A DNA stretch of 32,000 bases from Planctopirus limnophila DSM 3776 (GCF_000092105.1 NC_014148.1:3150001-3182000), one strand, 5' to 3'. Counted from the first letter of the stretch, positions 1 to 11,363 are shown. Translations and numbers: made by a program. Notes: generated by a model not told the origin, from the letters alone.

Positions 1-420
1 CCACGGCCAATCACTTGTCCCCTCAGATGTGAGCAGACAATGTGTGCGGGGCATGTAATAGCCGCCACCAGTGAAGAAATCGACAATCGATGCACCAGTC
101 CGCGACGGTGCATGATCGAGTCGATTGACCGGCGATATCGCAGAAACCGGCACACCGAAAGCAGAGGCCGGAAGCGGGCACATCTCATGGGTACTGGCCA
201 GATGAGCCGTCTGGATAAATTTCGGACACGATGCCAGTGGCGGCGAGTCGCTAGGGTTCACGCTCGATGAGGGAAGCAGAGAATCGCGTTCAGAATTGAG
301 CGAGCAGGATCGATCCCAGAGAATCAGGCCGAGAAACGAGAGAGCGACGGCTCCCGCAATCCAGCGCGGATCGCGGGCACACCTCGAAACTCGAGGGTTG
401 TCTGGCGGACTAGGCGGCAC
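1..420 (-). CDS. hypothetical membrane-anchored protein, N-terminal part only (ORF runs off the left edge)
   Basis: Hand translation of the minus strand gives an uninterrupted 140-codon frame from GTG at 420-418 down to position 1. It reads VPPSPPDNPRVSRCARDPRWIAGAVALSFLGLILW..., one hydrophobic helix followed by a Ser/Pro-rich linker. An in-frame stop lies just upstream at 456-454. The listed + ORF 40..270 is its Arg-rich antisense shadow. No family recognised and the start codon is uncertain. Confidence 0.4.
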   Translation of the reverse strand, partial: MPPSPPDNPRVSRCARDPRWIAGAVALSFLGLILWDRSCSLNSERDSLLPSSSVNPSDSPPLASCPKFIQTAHLASTHEMCPLPASAFGVPVSAISPVNRLDHAPSRTGASIVDFFTGGGYYMPRTHCLLTSEGTSDWPW

Positions 421-995
421 CGTACGGCTCCAGGAAATTGTTACGCAAAGAATTCAGTCGATTTCGGCATAGCCCTTATGAAATTCTTCGCCACTGACAG
501 ACTTCCTGAATCAGTTCACCACTCTCATCATCAGCCCGAACAGTGTTTCCACTCACGCTACACTTGGAAAAGGTGGCATTGGCGAAAGAGTCAGAACATA
601 ATCAAGCATTCAACGGGTGGCACAGCCTTGGGTGGCACGACCCTGAAGGCTTTGCGAAAGGGCGTGGTCTTTCCACTCCTCAACATCACATTGTGGTGTA
701 CCACCGAATGGCCGGATTCAGATCTCCTACTCCGCCTCCCGGCCACAAAGTGTTGCCAGCTCAAACGCTTCCGCGATATGTTTTGCCGACGTGACAGCAT
801 ATTCGCCATACACAATCAGCGTCCGTCACCTGTGGACAAACCACGACGTCTGACCAGTCTTCAGCCACACATTGAAATCAGTGCTCACACAAATTTGTCA
901 CAAAAGACAGCAAGCCTGTTTGTCGGTATCTCTCATCTCGCCGTTGATCTCTGGAAAGCGTACCAAACTCACCTCTGCAAAGAGAGATTCACATC

Positions 996-1976
996 ATGCA
1001 GCCAAAACAGCTCTCCGAATGTGCCGCAGCCATTCACCGACTCCTCAAACACGCCCGAATGACATGGCTTCTAGGTTCTCTGGCCTTCATGGTATGTGAT
1101 GGGAATTCCGCTGCCTGTCAGGCCTCCGATCCACCCCTGGAACAGACGGCAAACGCCACCGAAGTCTTCTCCCTCTCGGAAATCTCTTCGAAGCTGAAGG
1201 AGCTACCACCCAGCCTCGCCCAATGGCAGGGCTTTCCCGTCCATCAGCTCGAAAGTGGTGGCAGACAGGCCATGATTGTCATGCCCAAGATGGCACACAA
1301 CATTCCCGAAGGCCGCGGCAAGCCCTGGGTCTGGATTGGCGAGTTCCCCCATGTGCTCAATGACTTTGAAACCCGCATGCTGCGGGAAGGGTTCGCCATT
1401 GTCTATTTACCCACTCCCAATCAGTTCGGATTAGCCCCCGCCATGAAAGCGTGGGAAGAATTCTATGACCGTCTCACGCGCGACTATGGCTTTGACCAGC
1501 AACCCGCACTCGTCGGCATCAGCCGGGGTGGCTTATACGTTTACAACTGGGCCTCCCGGCATCCCGACAAAGTCTGCTGCATTTACGGCGACGCCCCGGT
1601 GTGTGATATCCTGAGCTGGCCCGCTGGTCAACCTGTCAACGCCCAATACAAAGGGCCAGGCAGCGCTCCCAATTGGAAAGCACTCAAGGAAATAGCCGGG
1701 ATCGCCAGCGATGCCGAGATCGCCAAAGCCGGCTTAAGCCCGATCGATCAACTCGAACCCCTGGCCAAGGCAAACATCCCCCTGCTCCATGTCTATGGCG
1801 ATGCCGACGAAGTCGTACCCTGGGATGAAAACACGGGAGTACTCGCCACCAGGTACAAGGCCCTGGGTGGCGAGATCACCCTCATTCCCAAGCCCGGCGT
1901 CAAACATCACCCCCACGGACTGACCGATTCCACACCTATCGTCGAATTCGTTAAGAAAAGCTGGCTGAAGCAATAG
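996..1976 (+). CDS. secreted alpha/beta hydrolase (dienelactone hydrolase / prolyl oligopeptidase-like)
   Basis: 326-aa ORF with the nucleophile elbow GISRGG. An acid-residue context (LLHVYGDADEVVP) and a C-terminal His (KHHPHG) are in the order expected for the alpha/beta fold. The signal-like segment MTWLLGSLAFMVC suggests the real start may be the ATG at 1059. Confidence 0.8.
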   Translation: MQPKQLSECAAAIHRLLKHARMTWLLGSLAFMVCDGNSAACQASDPPLEQTANATEVFSLSEISSKLKELPPSLAQWQGFPVHQLESGGRQAMIVMPKMAHNIPEGRGKPWVWIGEFPHVLNDFETRMLREGFAIVYLPTPNQFGLAPAMKAWEEFYDRLTRDYGFDQQPALVGISRGGLYVYNWASRHPDKVCCIYGDAPVCDILSWPAGQPVNAQYKGPGSAPNWKALKEIAGIASDAEIAKAGLSPIDQLEPLAKANIPLLHVYGDADEVVPWDENTGVLATRYKALGGEITLIPKPGVKHHPHGLTDSTPIVEFVKKSWLKQ

Positions 1977-2066
1977 CCGCCGTTCGTAAAAATGTGCTGG
2001 CACGCTTCCCCGATATCGAGCATGATCGAGAGAGTGAATTCTCGCACAGGCCACGGGAGCGACACG

Positions 2067-2804
2067 ATGAAGAGCACATCACTTGATCAACGCAGCACTC
2101 GACGTGGCTTCACTGCCCTGGAACTGATCGTCGCCCTCGGCGTAATCGTAGCACTGGTGCTGTTTCTCATGCCCGCCACAAGGCGAGGGCGAGAAGCTGC
2201 AAGGCGAACGCAATGCCGCAACAATCTCAAACAGATTGGCCTGGCATTACATAACTATCACGATCAGCACGGCGTCTTCCCACCGGCATTTACAGTCGAT
2301 GCAGCAGGAAAACCTCTCCATAGCTGGCGCACGCTGATCTTGCCTTATCTCGATCAGGCAGCCCTCTACGACTCCATTGATCTCTCGAAACCATGGGATG
2401 ATCCCGCCAATGCTCACGCGAAAGAAACCGCATTGGCCTGCTACAGGTGCCGAAGCAGTATGCTCCCTGCGGGCATGACAACCTATGTGGGTGTTGTGGG
2501 AGAACAGAACTTCTTTTCACCCAACCATCCCCGGAAACTCTCTGAGTTTCCACCCGATAAGACCTTTCAACTGATCGCGATTTTCGAGCGGGACGACCAA
2601 CGGGCGGTTCACTGGATGTCTCCCGAAGATGGCACAGCCGCCGAACTCCTCACACCTCCGGCCGATAGAAAAACCGTCCACACTGGTGGATTCAATTCAC
2701 TGCTGGCTAATGAGCGTGTCTATTTCGTGAGCAAAGATCTCCCCCAGGAAACACTCAAAAGCCTCCTCTCCATCGACGCCCCACTCTTGAAGGACGACTT
2801 TTAG
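2067..2804 (+). CDS. DUF1559 family protein with type IV pilin-like (prepilin) N-terminal methylation motif
   Basis: RRGFTALELIVALGVIVALVLFL is a G/FTxxE prepilin cleavage-methylation motif followed by a hydrophobic helix. The HNYHDQHGVFPPA block is typical of planctomycete DUF1559. The C-terminal H-X9-DG-like block is HTGGFNSLLANERVYF. Start placed at the ATG at 2067 rather than the ORF-track start at 1992. Confidence 0.85.
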   Translation: MKSTSLDQRSTRRGFTALELIVALGVIVALVLFLMPATRRGREAARRTQCRNNLKQIGLALHNYHDQHGVFPPAFTVDAAGKPLHSWRTLILPYLDQAALYDSIDLSKPWDDPANAHAKETALACYRCRSSMLPAGMTTYVGVVGEQNFFSPNHPRKLSEFPPDKTFQLIAIFERDDQRAVHWMSPEDGTAAELLTPPADRKTVHTGGFNSLLANERVYFVSKDLPQETLKSLLSIDAPLLKDDF

Positions 2805-2812
2805 CATCGCCT

Positions 2813-3493
2813 TCAGTGTTGCGGGAAAGCCCCCTTCTGCCGCCAGTTTCGAGACCAGCTCTCGTAAATCAAAAGTGGCACCACCCAACTGAGCCAGTTG
2901 GCCACCGGATCAAACATCTCGGGATCGATCCACGAAATTTGCGCGTGAGTCACCAGCGCTGTCCCCACAATCAGCCTCAAAGTAATCGCCGAGCAGAGCA
3001 GGATCATCGTGCGTTCCATCCACCGGCGGTGCCGAGCGTATTGCCGCCGCACAGCCGCTCGCCAGCCCTGGAGGATGCAAAGGCTCGTCAGGATCGACAG
3101 TGTCGCCAGCGAAAACCCGCCGATCGGCCCGGAGGCCGCCCAGTACGACATCACCAGGCCGCTCGGCGTCAGCACTCCCACCACCATCAAGACCTGCACT
3201 CGGCCCAGCCAGCGATGAAACACAGGCCACCGGCTGCGGATCTTCCCACTGAGCAGTACCAGCCCGAACACAATCGCTAATGGCCCACTCACAATATGGG
3301 TATAAAAAGCCCAGGCATAGACTCCAAAAAAGTACCCCTCTCGATTCCGCAAAAACTCGGCGTCGAAATCAGGGGGCAGGTAATCGGGATAATTGCTGAC
3401 AATCCCGATCGTCACTCGCAAAATGAGCAACACGACCGTCGCACGCAGTAATAGCAGCAGGATGTAAAGTCGAGGTTCTGACATAACCGGCAT
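2813..3493 (-). CDS. DUF2306-like integral membrane protein
   Basis: 226-aa ORF with about 5-6 hydrophobic helices. The layout (N-terminal helix, FYTHIVSGPLA, RWPVFHRWLGR, RHRRWM) resembles the DUF2306 predicted membrane protein family. Convergent with the DUF1559 gene, only 8 nt apart. Confidence 0.65.
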   Translation of the reverse strand: MPVMSEPRLYILLLLLRATVVLLILRVTIGIVSNYPDYLPPDFDAEFLRNREGYFFGVYAWAFYTHIVSGPLAIVFGLVLLSGKIRSRWPVFHRWLGRVQVLMVVGVLTPSGLVMSYWAASGPIGGFSLATLSILTSLCILQGWRAAVRRQYARHRRWMERTMILLCSAITLRLIVGTALVTHAQISWIDPEMFDPVANWLSWVVPLLIYESWSRNWRQKGAFPQH

Positions 3494-3575
3494 AGACTCA
3501 CCGGGCGTTGACCATTTGGCACAGAAGATAATCAGTGCACACGATTCAGAATGTTGTACTCCTCAAAAGCATACC

Positions 3576-4133
3576 ATGACCACAAACCCCCATCCCCATG
3601 AGAATCTCGATCTCAAGCCCGTGCTGGAAGCCGTCCTCAAAGATTACGAACTCCCGCTGACGGGTGATCACGGCATCATCCATTGGGCCCGTGTGCTGGA
3701 AAACGGCTTATTGGTCGGTCGACACGCCGGCGCGAACCTGCGGGTCGTCTCCCTCTTCGCCGTGCTTCATGATTCGCAGCGGATCAACGAATGTTCCGAC
3801 CCTGCTCACGGCCCACGAGCAGCTCTCTTTGCCGAGGGCCTTCAAGGCCAGGTGTTTCAACTTGATGCCGGCGAGTTGGAACTTCTGAAAACCGCCTGCC
3901 GTGGCCATACCCACGAGAAGCACCATCCCGACGTCACCATTCAGACCTGCTGGGATGCTGATCGTCTAGATCTCGGACGCGTCGGCATCACCCCGCACCC
4001 AAACTATCTCAACACCAGCCACGCCAAATTAAAAGAAACGATCCTCTGGGCCGATGGCCGCGCCAGCATGAGATTCATTCCAGAATTAATTCAAAAAAAC
4101 TGGGGTATCGATGTGCGGCGAATCAGGGGCTGA
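3576..4133 (+). CDS. HD-superfamily-like putative phosphohydrolase
   Basis: Contains H...HD...D-type residues (IIHWARV, FAVLHDSQR, CWDADRLDL). Start moved to the ATG at 3576 because the ORF-track start at 3516 is TTG. The specific family was not identified. Confidence 0.65.
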   Translation: MTTNPHPHENLDLKPVLEAVLKDYELPLTGDHGIIHWARVLENGLLVGRHAGANLRVVSLFAVLHDSQRINECSDPAHGPRAALFAEGLQGQVFQLDAGELELLKTACRGHTHEKHHPDVTIQTCWDADRLDLGRVGITPHPNYLNTSHAKLKETILWADGRASMRFIPELIQKNWGIDVRRIRG

Positions 4134-4440
4134 GTTTTTTGATAAGCAATGCTTTGACAGGTTGCACTAAGTCATTCGCAAAACGAATCGGCAGCCAAAA
4201 ATCGGCGCCGGGTAGCCGGTTTGTGAGGGTTTGGCGAAGGCCGAATCGTTGCAATTCGTCTGGATGGTTGAACTTCCGGTCCTTGGCTGCTACGGTTCAA
4301 ACGTGAAATCGACATTCTAAGAAGTGTCGTTTCGTTTCCAGGGTGCTTTCTCACCTTGGTTTACAGTGTTTTTCTCGGTCTGATCCGCTGGCGGCACAGC
4401 CTGCTGCCATACCTTCGCATGAGAGGCTAGGGATTACGGT

Positions 4441-7164
<2,724 letters not shown>

Positions 7165-7225
7165 ACGGAAGGTGCAGATCCTCGACTCATGAGTTCGCTC
7201 ACCGGGTTGTGTATCAAGAATTATT

Positions 7226-7270
7226 CATGGCCGGTGTCAGCTTCGCCTGACACCGGCCATGCTGTTTTCT
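7226..7270 (+). terminator. rho-independent terminator of ppdK
   Basis: Perfect 15-bp stem CATGGCCGGTGTCAG / CTGACACCGGCCATG with a 6-nt loop CTTCGC, followed by CTGTTTTCT. It lies 62 nt after the ppdK stop. Confidence 0.75.
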
Positions 7271-7472
7271 ACAGCCAGTATTCCCAGAGCCATCTCTTCC
7301 CGTTTGCACCTCCATGGAATTGCCTGGGCATGACATCCAGATCATGCCCACTCATCATCATTTGGCAGACGAACAATGAGTTCCGAGATGATCTGCAAGA
7401 AGTTCATGGTAGACTTTGGCGGGTCACAAAACGTTCTTGCCAGAAATCCTGGAGCGCAAAGGACATCATCAG

Positions 7473-8420
7473 ATGCCGCTTGAACTTCCTCCACGAGAAC
7501 CATTTCGCCGCACGAATCTCCTCTGGCTGTATGGCCGCCGTCTATTGATCTGGCTGCTCGTGCCCTATGTGTTGGTGCATCTGCTCCTCATCACTTTTCA
7601 GCGGCAGTTGATCTTTCAACCCACAAAAACAGCCCCGCTTTCAGGTCACCTGGCAGGTGCTGGCCTGATCGATGTGCAGGATGTGAAGATTAAAATCAGC
7701 GATGAACTCACTCTCCACGGCTGGTATTACGAGCGGCCTGCCACAGCCGAGACTCCCGCCAGGCAACTGTTAATCTACTTTCCCGGCAACTCGGGCACCC
7801 GCAGTGACCGGCAGGAGATCTGCCTCGATCTGTTGAGACTGGGTTACAACATTCTGATCTTCGACTATCAAGGCTATGCCGAGAACCAGGGATCACCTTC
7901 GGAGCAGCACTTCGCCAGCGATGCTCAAGCGATCTGGAAATTCGCAACCACACAACTCGGCTATTCGCCCGAAAAGATCACACTCTTTGGGGAATCGATG
8001 GGAGGCGGTGTGGCCACTCGACTGGCAGCCGAACTCTCTGAAGCCAAGAGCCCACCGGCGGCCTTGATTCTCAAATCAACCTACTCATCCATCCCCGCAA
8101 CCGCTCGCTATCACTACCCATATCTGCCCCTCTTATCACTCTTCGTCTGGGATCCATTCCCTTCGATTGATCGAATTGGGAAAGTGACCTCGCCGATCCT
8201 GCAGTTTCATGGGACCGCCGACCGCATCACGCCCTATTTCGAAGCCGAACGACTCTTCGCTGCTGCCCCTGAACGATCAGCCTCTCAGGTAGCGAAGCAG
8301 TTCGTCACGATCCCCGAAGGTAGCCATAATGGAGTGCCCGAAGAAACACTCAGGCGGGAAATTCAAAAACTGCGGGCCAACATAGCGCAGCCCATAACCC
8401 CTCCAGAGAGTTCTAACTAG
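7473..8420 (+). CDS. membrane-anchored alpha/beta hydrolase (BEM46/ABHD13-like, serine aminopeptidase S33 type)
   Basis: N-terminal TM helix (LLIWLLVPYVLVHLLLITF), FQRQLIFQP, nucleophile elbow GESMGGG, and later QFHGTADRITP and GSHNG. ATG at 7473 chosen over the TTG at 7416. Confidence 0.85.
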   Translation: MPLELPPREPFRRTNLLWLYGRRLLIWLLVPYVLVHLLLITFQRQLIFQPTKTAPLSGHLAGAGLIDVQDVKIKISDELTLHGWYYERPATAETPARQLLIYFPGNSGTRSDRQEICLDLLRLGYNILIFDYQGYAENQGSPSEQHFASDAQAIWKFATTQLGYSPEKITLFGESMGGGVATRLAAELSEAKSPPAALILKSTYSSIPATARYHYPYLPLLSLFVWDPFPSIDRIGKVTSPILQFHGTADRITPYFEAERLFAAAPERSASQVAKQFVTIPEGSHNGVPEETLRREIQKLRANIAQPITPPESSN

Positions 8421-8537
8421 CCAGATCGGGAAGAACAGGAATCAGACGCCCATCTTGCCGCCACCTGAGCATGGCGATAGATCCATTCGTACGATCCACG
8501 TCCCCATGAGTTGGCGAGACGTAGCAAGGAGAAGAAA

Positions 8538-8708
8538 ATGACCACCATCATTAATGATCCTGAGATGGCCCGCCGCCTCATTCGCCAAAGGCGTGCGCGT
8601 GAGATCATCTGTGAAACCGCAGGACTGAAGATTTCCCTTCGAGCAAATACCACGCGCCGTCTGCTCTGCTTACGATCACTACAAACCGGTGAAGAATGGA
8701 CCGATTAA
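8538..8708 (+). CDS. small hypothetical protein (56 aa)
   Basis: The ATG at 8538 is preceded by AAGGAG 7-12 nt upstream, an unusually good SD for this window. The product is basic (MTTIINDPEMARRLIRQRRAREII...). No family recognised, and the ORF could be spurious. Confidence 0.3.
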   Translation: MTTIINDPEMARRLIRQRRAREIICETAGLKISLRANTTRRLLCLRSLQTGEEWTD

Positions 8709-8799
8709 TTTGTTTTTGGTGATTGATGACAGAGGCAGTTCATTTGGCTTATATATAGAATTCATTGCCAGTAGATGCATTGCGCCAGAACAGCTTTGT

Positions 8800-8829
8800 G
8801 CCATGCTTGTAGCCTTGGACAAGCATGGC
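8800..8829. terminator. stem-loop between the small + ORF and the 3' end of the beta-RFAP synthase gene
   Basis: 11-bp perfect stem GCCATGCTTGT / ACAAGCATGGC with an 8-nt loop, about 70 nt beyond the stop of the minus-strand gene ending at 8901. There is no clear U-tract on either strand, so a terminator role is only inferred. Confidence 0.35.
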
Positions 8830-8900
8830 TTCGCATTCAACAGAGCGCTATGATCTTATTAGAAAAAGCCTGACTCACACGTTGAAGCTTCTCCGCACAA

Positions 8901-9884
8901 TCATCGACGGATCACAGCCCGGCGATTCATCGCTTTCGTTCTCAATCGATCGCATCTTTCATGCGGCGGCCACTTCTTCCAGGCAGCTTCAAATTCTTCC
9001 TCGATCTCTGTTGTCACAGGCACCGCCACCGTCGGCCCCCACGACGATTGCACCACACACGGCAACCCTGCTCCCATCAAATGCTTCGCCAGATCTCCCA
9101 TAAGTGGCGACGAAAACACACTCCCCTGCACTGCCGCAAAATGCTCGCCCACCAGCCGACCATACTCATGCAGCCCCGTAGCAAACTCCCCGAAATTTCG
9201 CGACTTCAGCCCCGGCAAGATCGAAAGCAGCGTCAGCGCAGCCAACCGATCGGTCATCGCCTGCGGGATTGGCGACATCTCACGAAACGCCTTCAGCTCG
9301 GCCTCGCCCGATAACCCCGTCGAATTCTGTGGAGAGATGAGCCACCAATTCCACTGCTCTGGAAAATCCATCCGAACGACGATGGAATCCCGCTTGTGAA
9401 CCGCCTGATCCGTGGGACGATTGTGCCCCGCATCGACCAGAAAACCGCCGGAAAAATAGCCGAATTGACCAATCGACGAACGCGCCCCGCGTCGCGAGAG
9501 GCGAAAAACCTCGTCGTTGGCCAGCGTGAGGCCCAGAAATCGGGCCCACCCATCGACCACCGCCATCGCCAGTTGAGTCCCAGAACCCAGGCCGGCATGA
9601 TGAGCCAGCGGTCGTCGAACTGTCACCGCCAATGGTGGCTGGCCCGCAAAGGGTTCATTAACGCGTAATAGTGCCAGAAGCCGCTGAATGCGGGCTTGAG
9701 TCTCGCCATCCGCCACAACGCTATCGCTGTCCTGCGCTGCTGCCGCAAAATGAATTGACCAACCAGGAGATTCCAGCATCACACCCAGCCCGCCAAACGA
9801 GCGATCGTGGGCAGGGTCTGTGGAGAGGAGCCCAAAGTGCAGTCGGCAACCGGTTTCCACAATCATTTCAGCATTCATGAGCAT
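8901..9884 (-). CDS. mptG: beta-ribofuranosylaminobenzene 5'-phosphate (beta-RFAP) synthase, GHMP-kinase fold (methanopterin biosynthesis)
   Basis: The N-terminus IVETGCRLHFGLLS...FGGLGVMLESPGW and the GHMP-like HHAGLGSGTQLAMAV motif match the beta-RFAP synthase family. Three in-frame ATGs (9884, 9878, 9866) are possible starts; the ORF-track start at 9905 is TTG. Confidence 0.8.
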   Translation of the reverse strand: MLMNAEMIVETGCRLHFGLLSTDPAHDRSFGGLGVMLESPGWSIHFAAAAQDSDSVVADGETQARIQRLLALLRVNEPFAGQPPLAVTVRRPLAHHAGLGSGTQLAMAVVDGWARFLGLTLANDEVFRLSRRGARSSIGQFGYFSGGFLVDAGHNRPTDQAVHKRDSIVVRMDFPEQWNWWLISPQNSTGLSGEAELKAFREMSPIPQAMTDRLAALTLLSILPGLKSRNFGEFATGLHEYGRLVGEHFAAVQGSVFSSPLMGDLAKHLMGAGLPCVVQSSWGPTVAVPVTTEIEEEFEAAWKKWPPHERCDRLRTKAMNRRAVIRR

Positions 9885-9966
9885 CTGCTGGCAGGTTTTG
9901 AGCAAAGGCTCGTTTCGAGCCCATCAATGACATGTCATTCTCACGGACTCCAAAACCTTAACTCGA

Positions 9967-10572
9967 TTACGGTCTGTTCGCCAGACGCTGTTCGATGATG
10001 GACATCACCAGCTCCCACGCTTCCCGTTCGCGAGGGCCACCTGTCTTATCGACCAGAGGCTGCCAACGCCTGATCTCTTCCCAGATCACTGCCGGTTCGA
10101 GAATCGATGTCCGCGTCGCCAGAATGATCGCTTCCAGGACGGCGTGCCGGGCGCGATGAAAGCCCACGAAGGGCCTGACAATTCCTGAACTGGCAGCCTG
10201 CATGATAATCGTCGCCCTCTGCGATCCAGCGTCGATCGAAAGAACTTCCAGACTCCACCACTGGCAGCAATCCACCAGCCGATAACCCGTCGAAGGAGCA
10301 TCGAGAGGCATGATTGGCGGCAGCGCGAATGGCTCTGGCAACGATTCTTTCAGTGCAGCCCGCGCCAGCAGCAGAACATCATCTGTGGTGTGAAAAGTCG
10401 CCTGGGGAACAGCCTGCAGATTCGCCAGCGTGGTCGAAGGATAAAACGGCCTCAAAGTGAAACGTGTGAGCTCTGTTGACGATTGTTCGAGTGATTCGAC
10501 AATCGGGCCCATCGGAGCCAGATTCAGTTGACCCGTGGCGTTCGTCGTGAGCAATAAACCTTCCAGAATCAC
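9967..10572 (-). CDS. DUF447 family protein (H4MPT-pathway-associated)
   Basis: 201 aa with the N-terminus ILEGLLLTTNATGQLNLAPMGPIV typical of DUF447. It lies directly upstream of, and co-directional with, the beta-RFAP synthase gene. Apparent GTG start at 10572. Confidence 0.75.
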   Translation of the reverse strand: MILEGLLLTTNATGQLNLAPMGPIVESLEQSSTELTRFTLRPFYPSTTLANLQAVPQATFHTTDDVLLLARAALKESLPEPFALPPIMPLDAPSTGYRLVDCCQWWSLEVLSIDAGSQRATIIMQAASSGIVRPFVGFHRARHAVLEAIILATRTSILEPAVIWEEIRRWQPLVDKTGGPREREAWELVMSIIEQRLANRP

Positions 10573-10854
10573 AGGGGCCCCTCAAAAAAATAAGCAGGCA
10601 AAAGCCGGTAACACTCTGGCAGATTTCAACTTCACGCACAAAACTGCATCTGGGCAGCTTACGCAACTTTGCGACCGAACGGAACGGAGCGAGAGGTTGT
10701 CATTCCTGCCACTGCAAAATCCGTTTCTGCATGCGGTGGGCACCTTCTACCCGTGCCGAAAAATGCAGAAATCGTTACAACTGACATATAAGCGGGAGCC
10801 TGCCTGCGACATGTCGCCACTCTCCTGAACAACAGACATCGACTGGAGCCTCTC

Positions 10855-11295
10855 ATGAACACCAACCTCTTCCCCACCAGCCGCTTGAACATCAAGACCA
10901 TCGCCAGCGTGGCGCTGCTTGCGGCCATCGTTTCCTCGCTGGTTCTTCATTCCGGCGAGGGAAATCTGCGAGGTGCGGAAGCCCGGGCTCCCGAGAAACT
11001 TTTAAGGCATATCGTGCTCTACAAGTTCAAAGAGACCACCACGCCAGCTCAAGTCCAGGAAGTGATCGACACCTTCTCGGCTCTCCCCAAACAGATTCCA
11101 CAAATCGCCGATTTCGAGTGCGGCTCCAACGTCAGCCAGGAAGGCAAGTCCGAAGGGATGACCCAGGCCTTCGTCGTCAGCTTCCGCTCCGAAGCCGACC
11201 TGCAAACCTACCTGACACACCCCGCACACCTCGCCTACGTCAACGTCGTCAAAGATAAACGCGAAAAAGTCCTCGTCTTCGACTACTGGAAATAA
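10855..11295 (+). CDS. exported Dabb (stress-responsive alpha/beta barrel) domain protein
   Basis: Signal/anchor segment ([19 protein letters not shown]) followed by HIVLYKFKE...FECGSNVS...THPAHLAYV...VLVFDYW, the Dabb domain pattern. Confidence 0.85.
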   Translation: MNTNLFPTSRLNIKTIASVALLAAIVSSLVLHSGEGNLRGAEARAPEKLLRHIVLYKFKETTTPAQVQEVIDTFSALPKQIPQIADFECGSNVSQEGKSEGMTQAFVVSFRSEADLQTYLTHPAHLAYVNVVKDKREKVLVFDYWK

Positions 11296-11313
11296 CCCAA
11301 CTCCCAGCTCCGT

Positions 11314-11348
11314 ACTTCCAACTTCCAACTTCAAACTTCAAACTTCCA
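11314..11348 (+). repeat. five tandem heptamers ACTTCCA ACTTCCA ACTTCAA ACTTCAA ACTTCCA (CCAACTT phase) in the 68-nt Dabb-ileS spacer
   Basis: Read directly from the sequence. The array ends 15 nt before the ileS ATG at 11364. Confidence 0.9.
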
Positions 11349-11363
11349 AAGTCTCCACCACCT

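Noticed and set aside
40-270. 76-aa + ORF at the left edge
   Set aside because: The product is Arg-rich, and the ORF is antisense to a better minus-strand frame that is open from 420 to the window edge.
478-1062. 194-aa + ORF, with overlapping 83-aa and 74-aa ORFs
   Set aside because: The composition is odd (His/Trp/Cys/Arg-rich) with no motifs, and the ORF overlaps the start of the hydrolase gene. The region is treated as non-coding or decayed (see the finding at 454-995).
4154-4159. TTGACA hexamer upstream of ppdK as a possible -35 box
   Set aside because: There is no acceptable -10 element at 16-18 nt spacing. Planctomycete promoter consensus is not established well enough to call.
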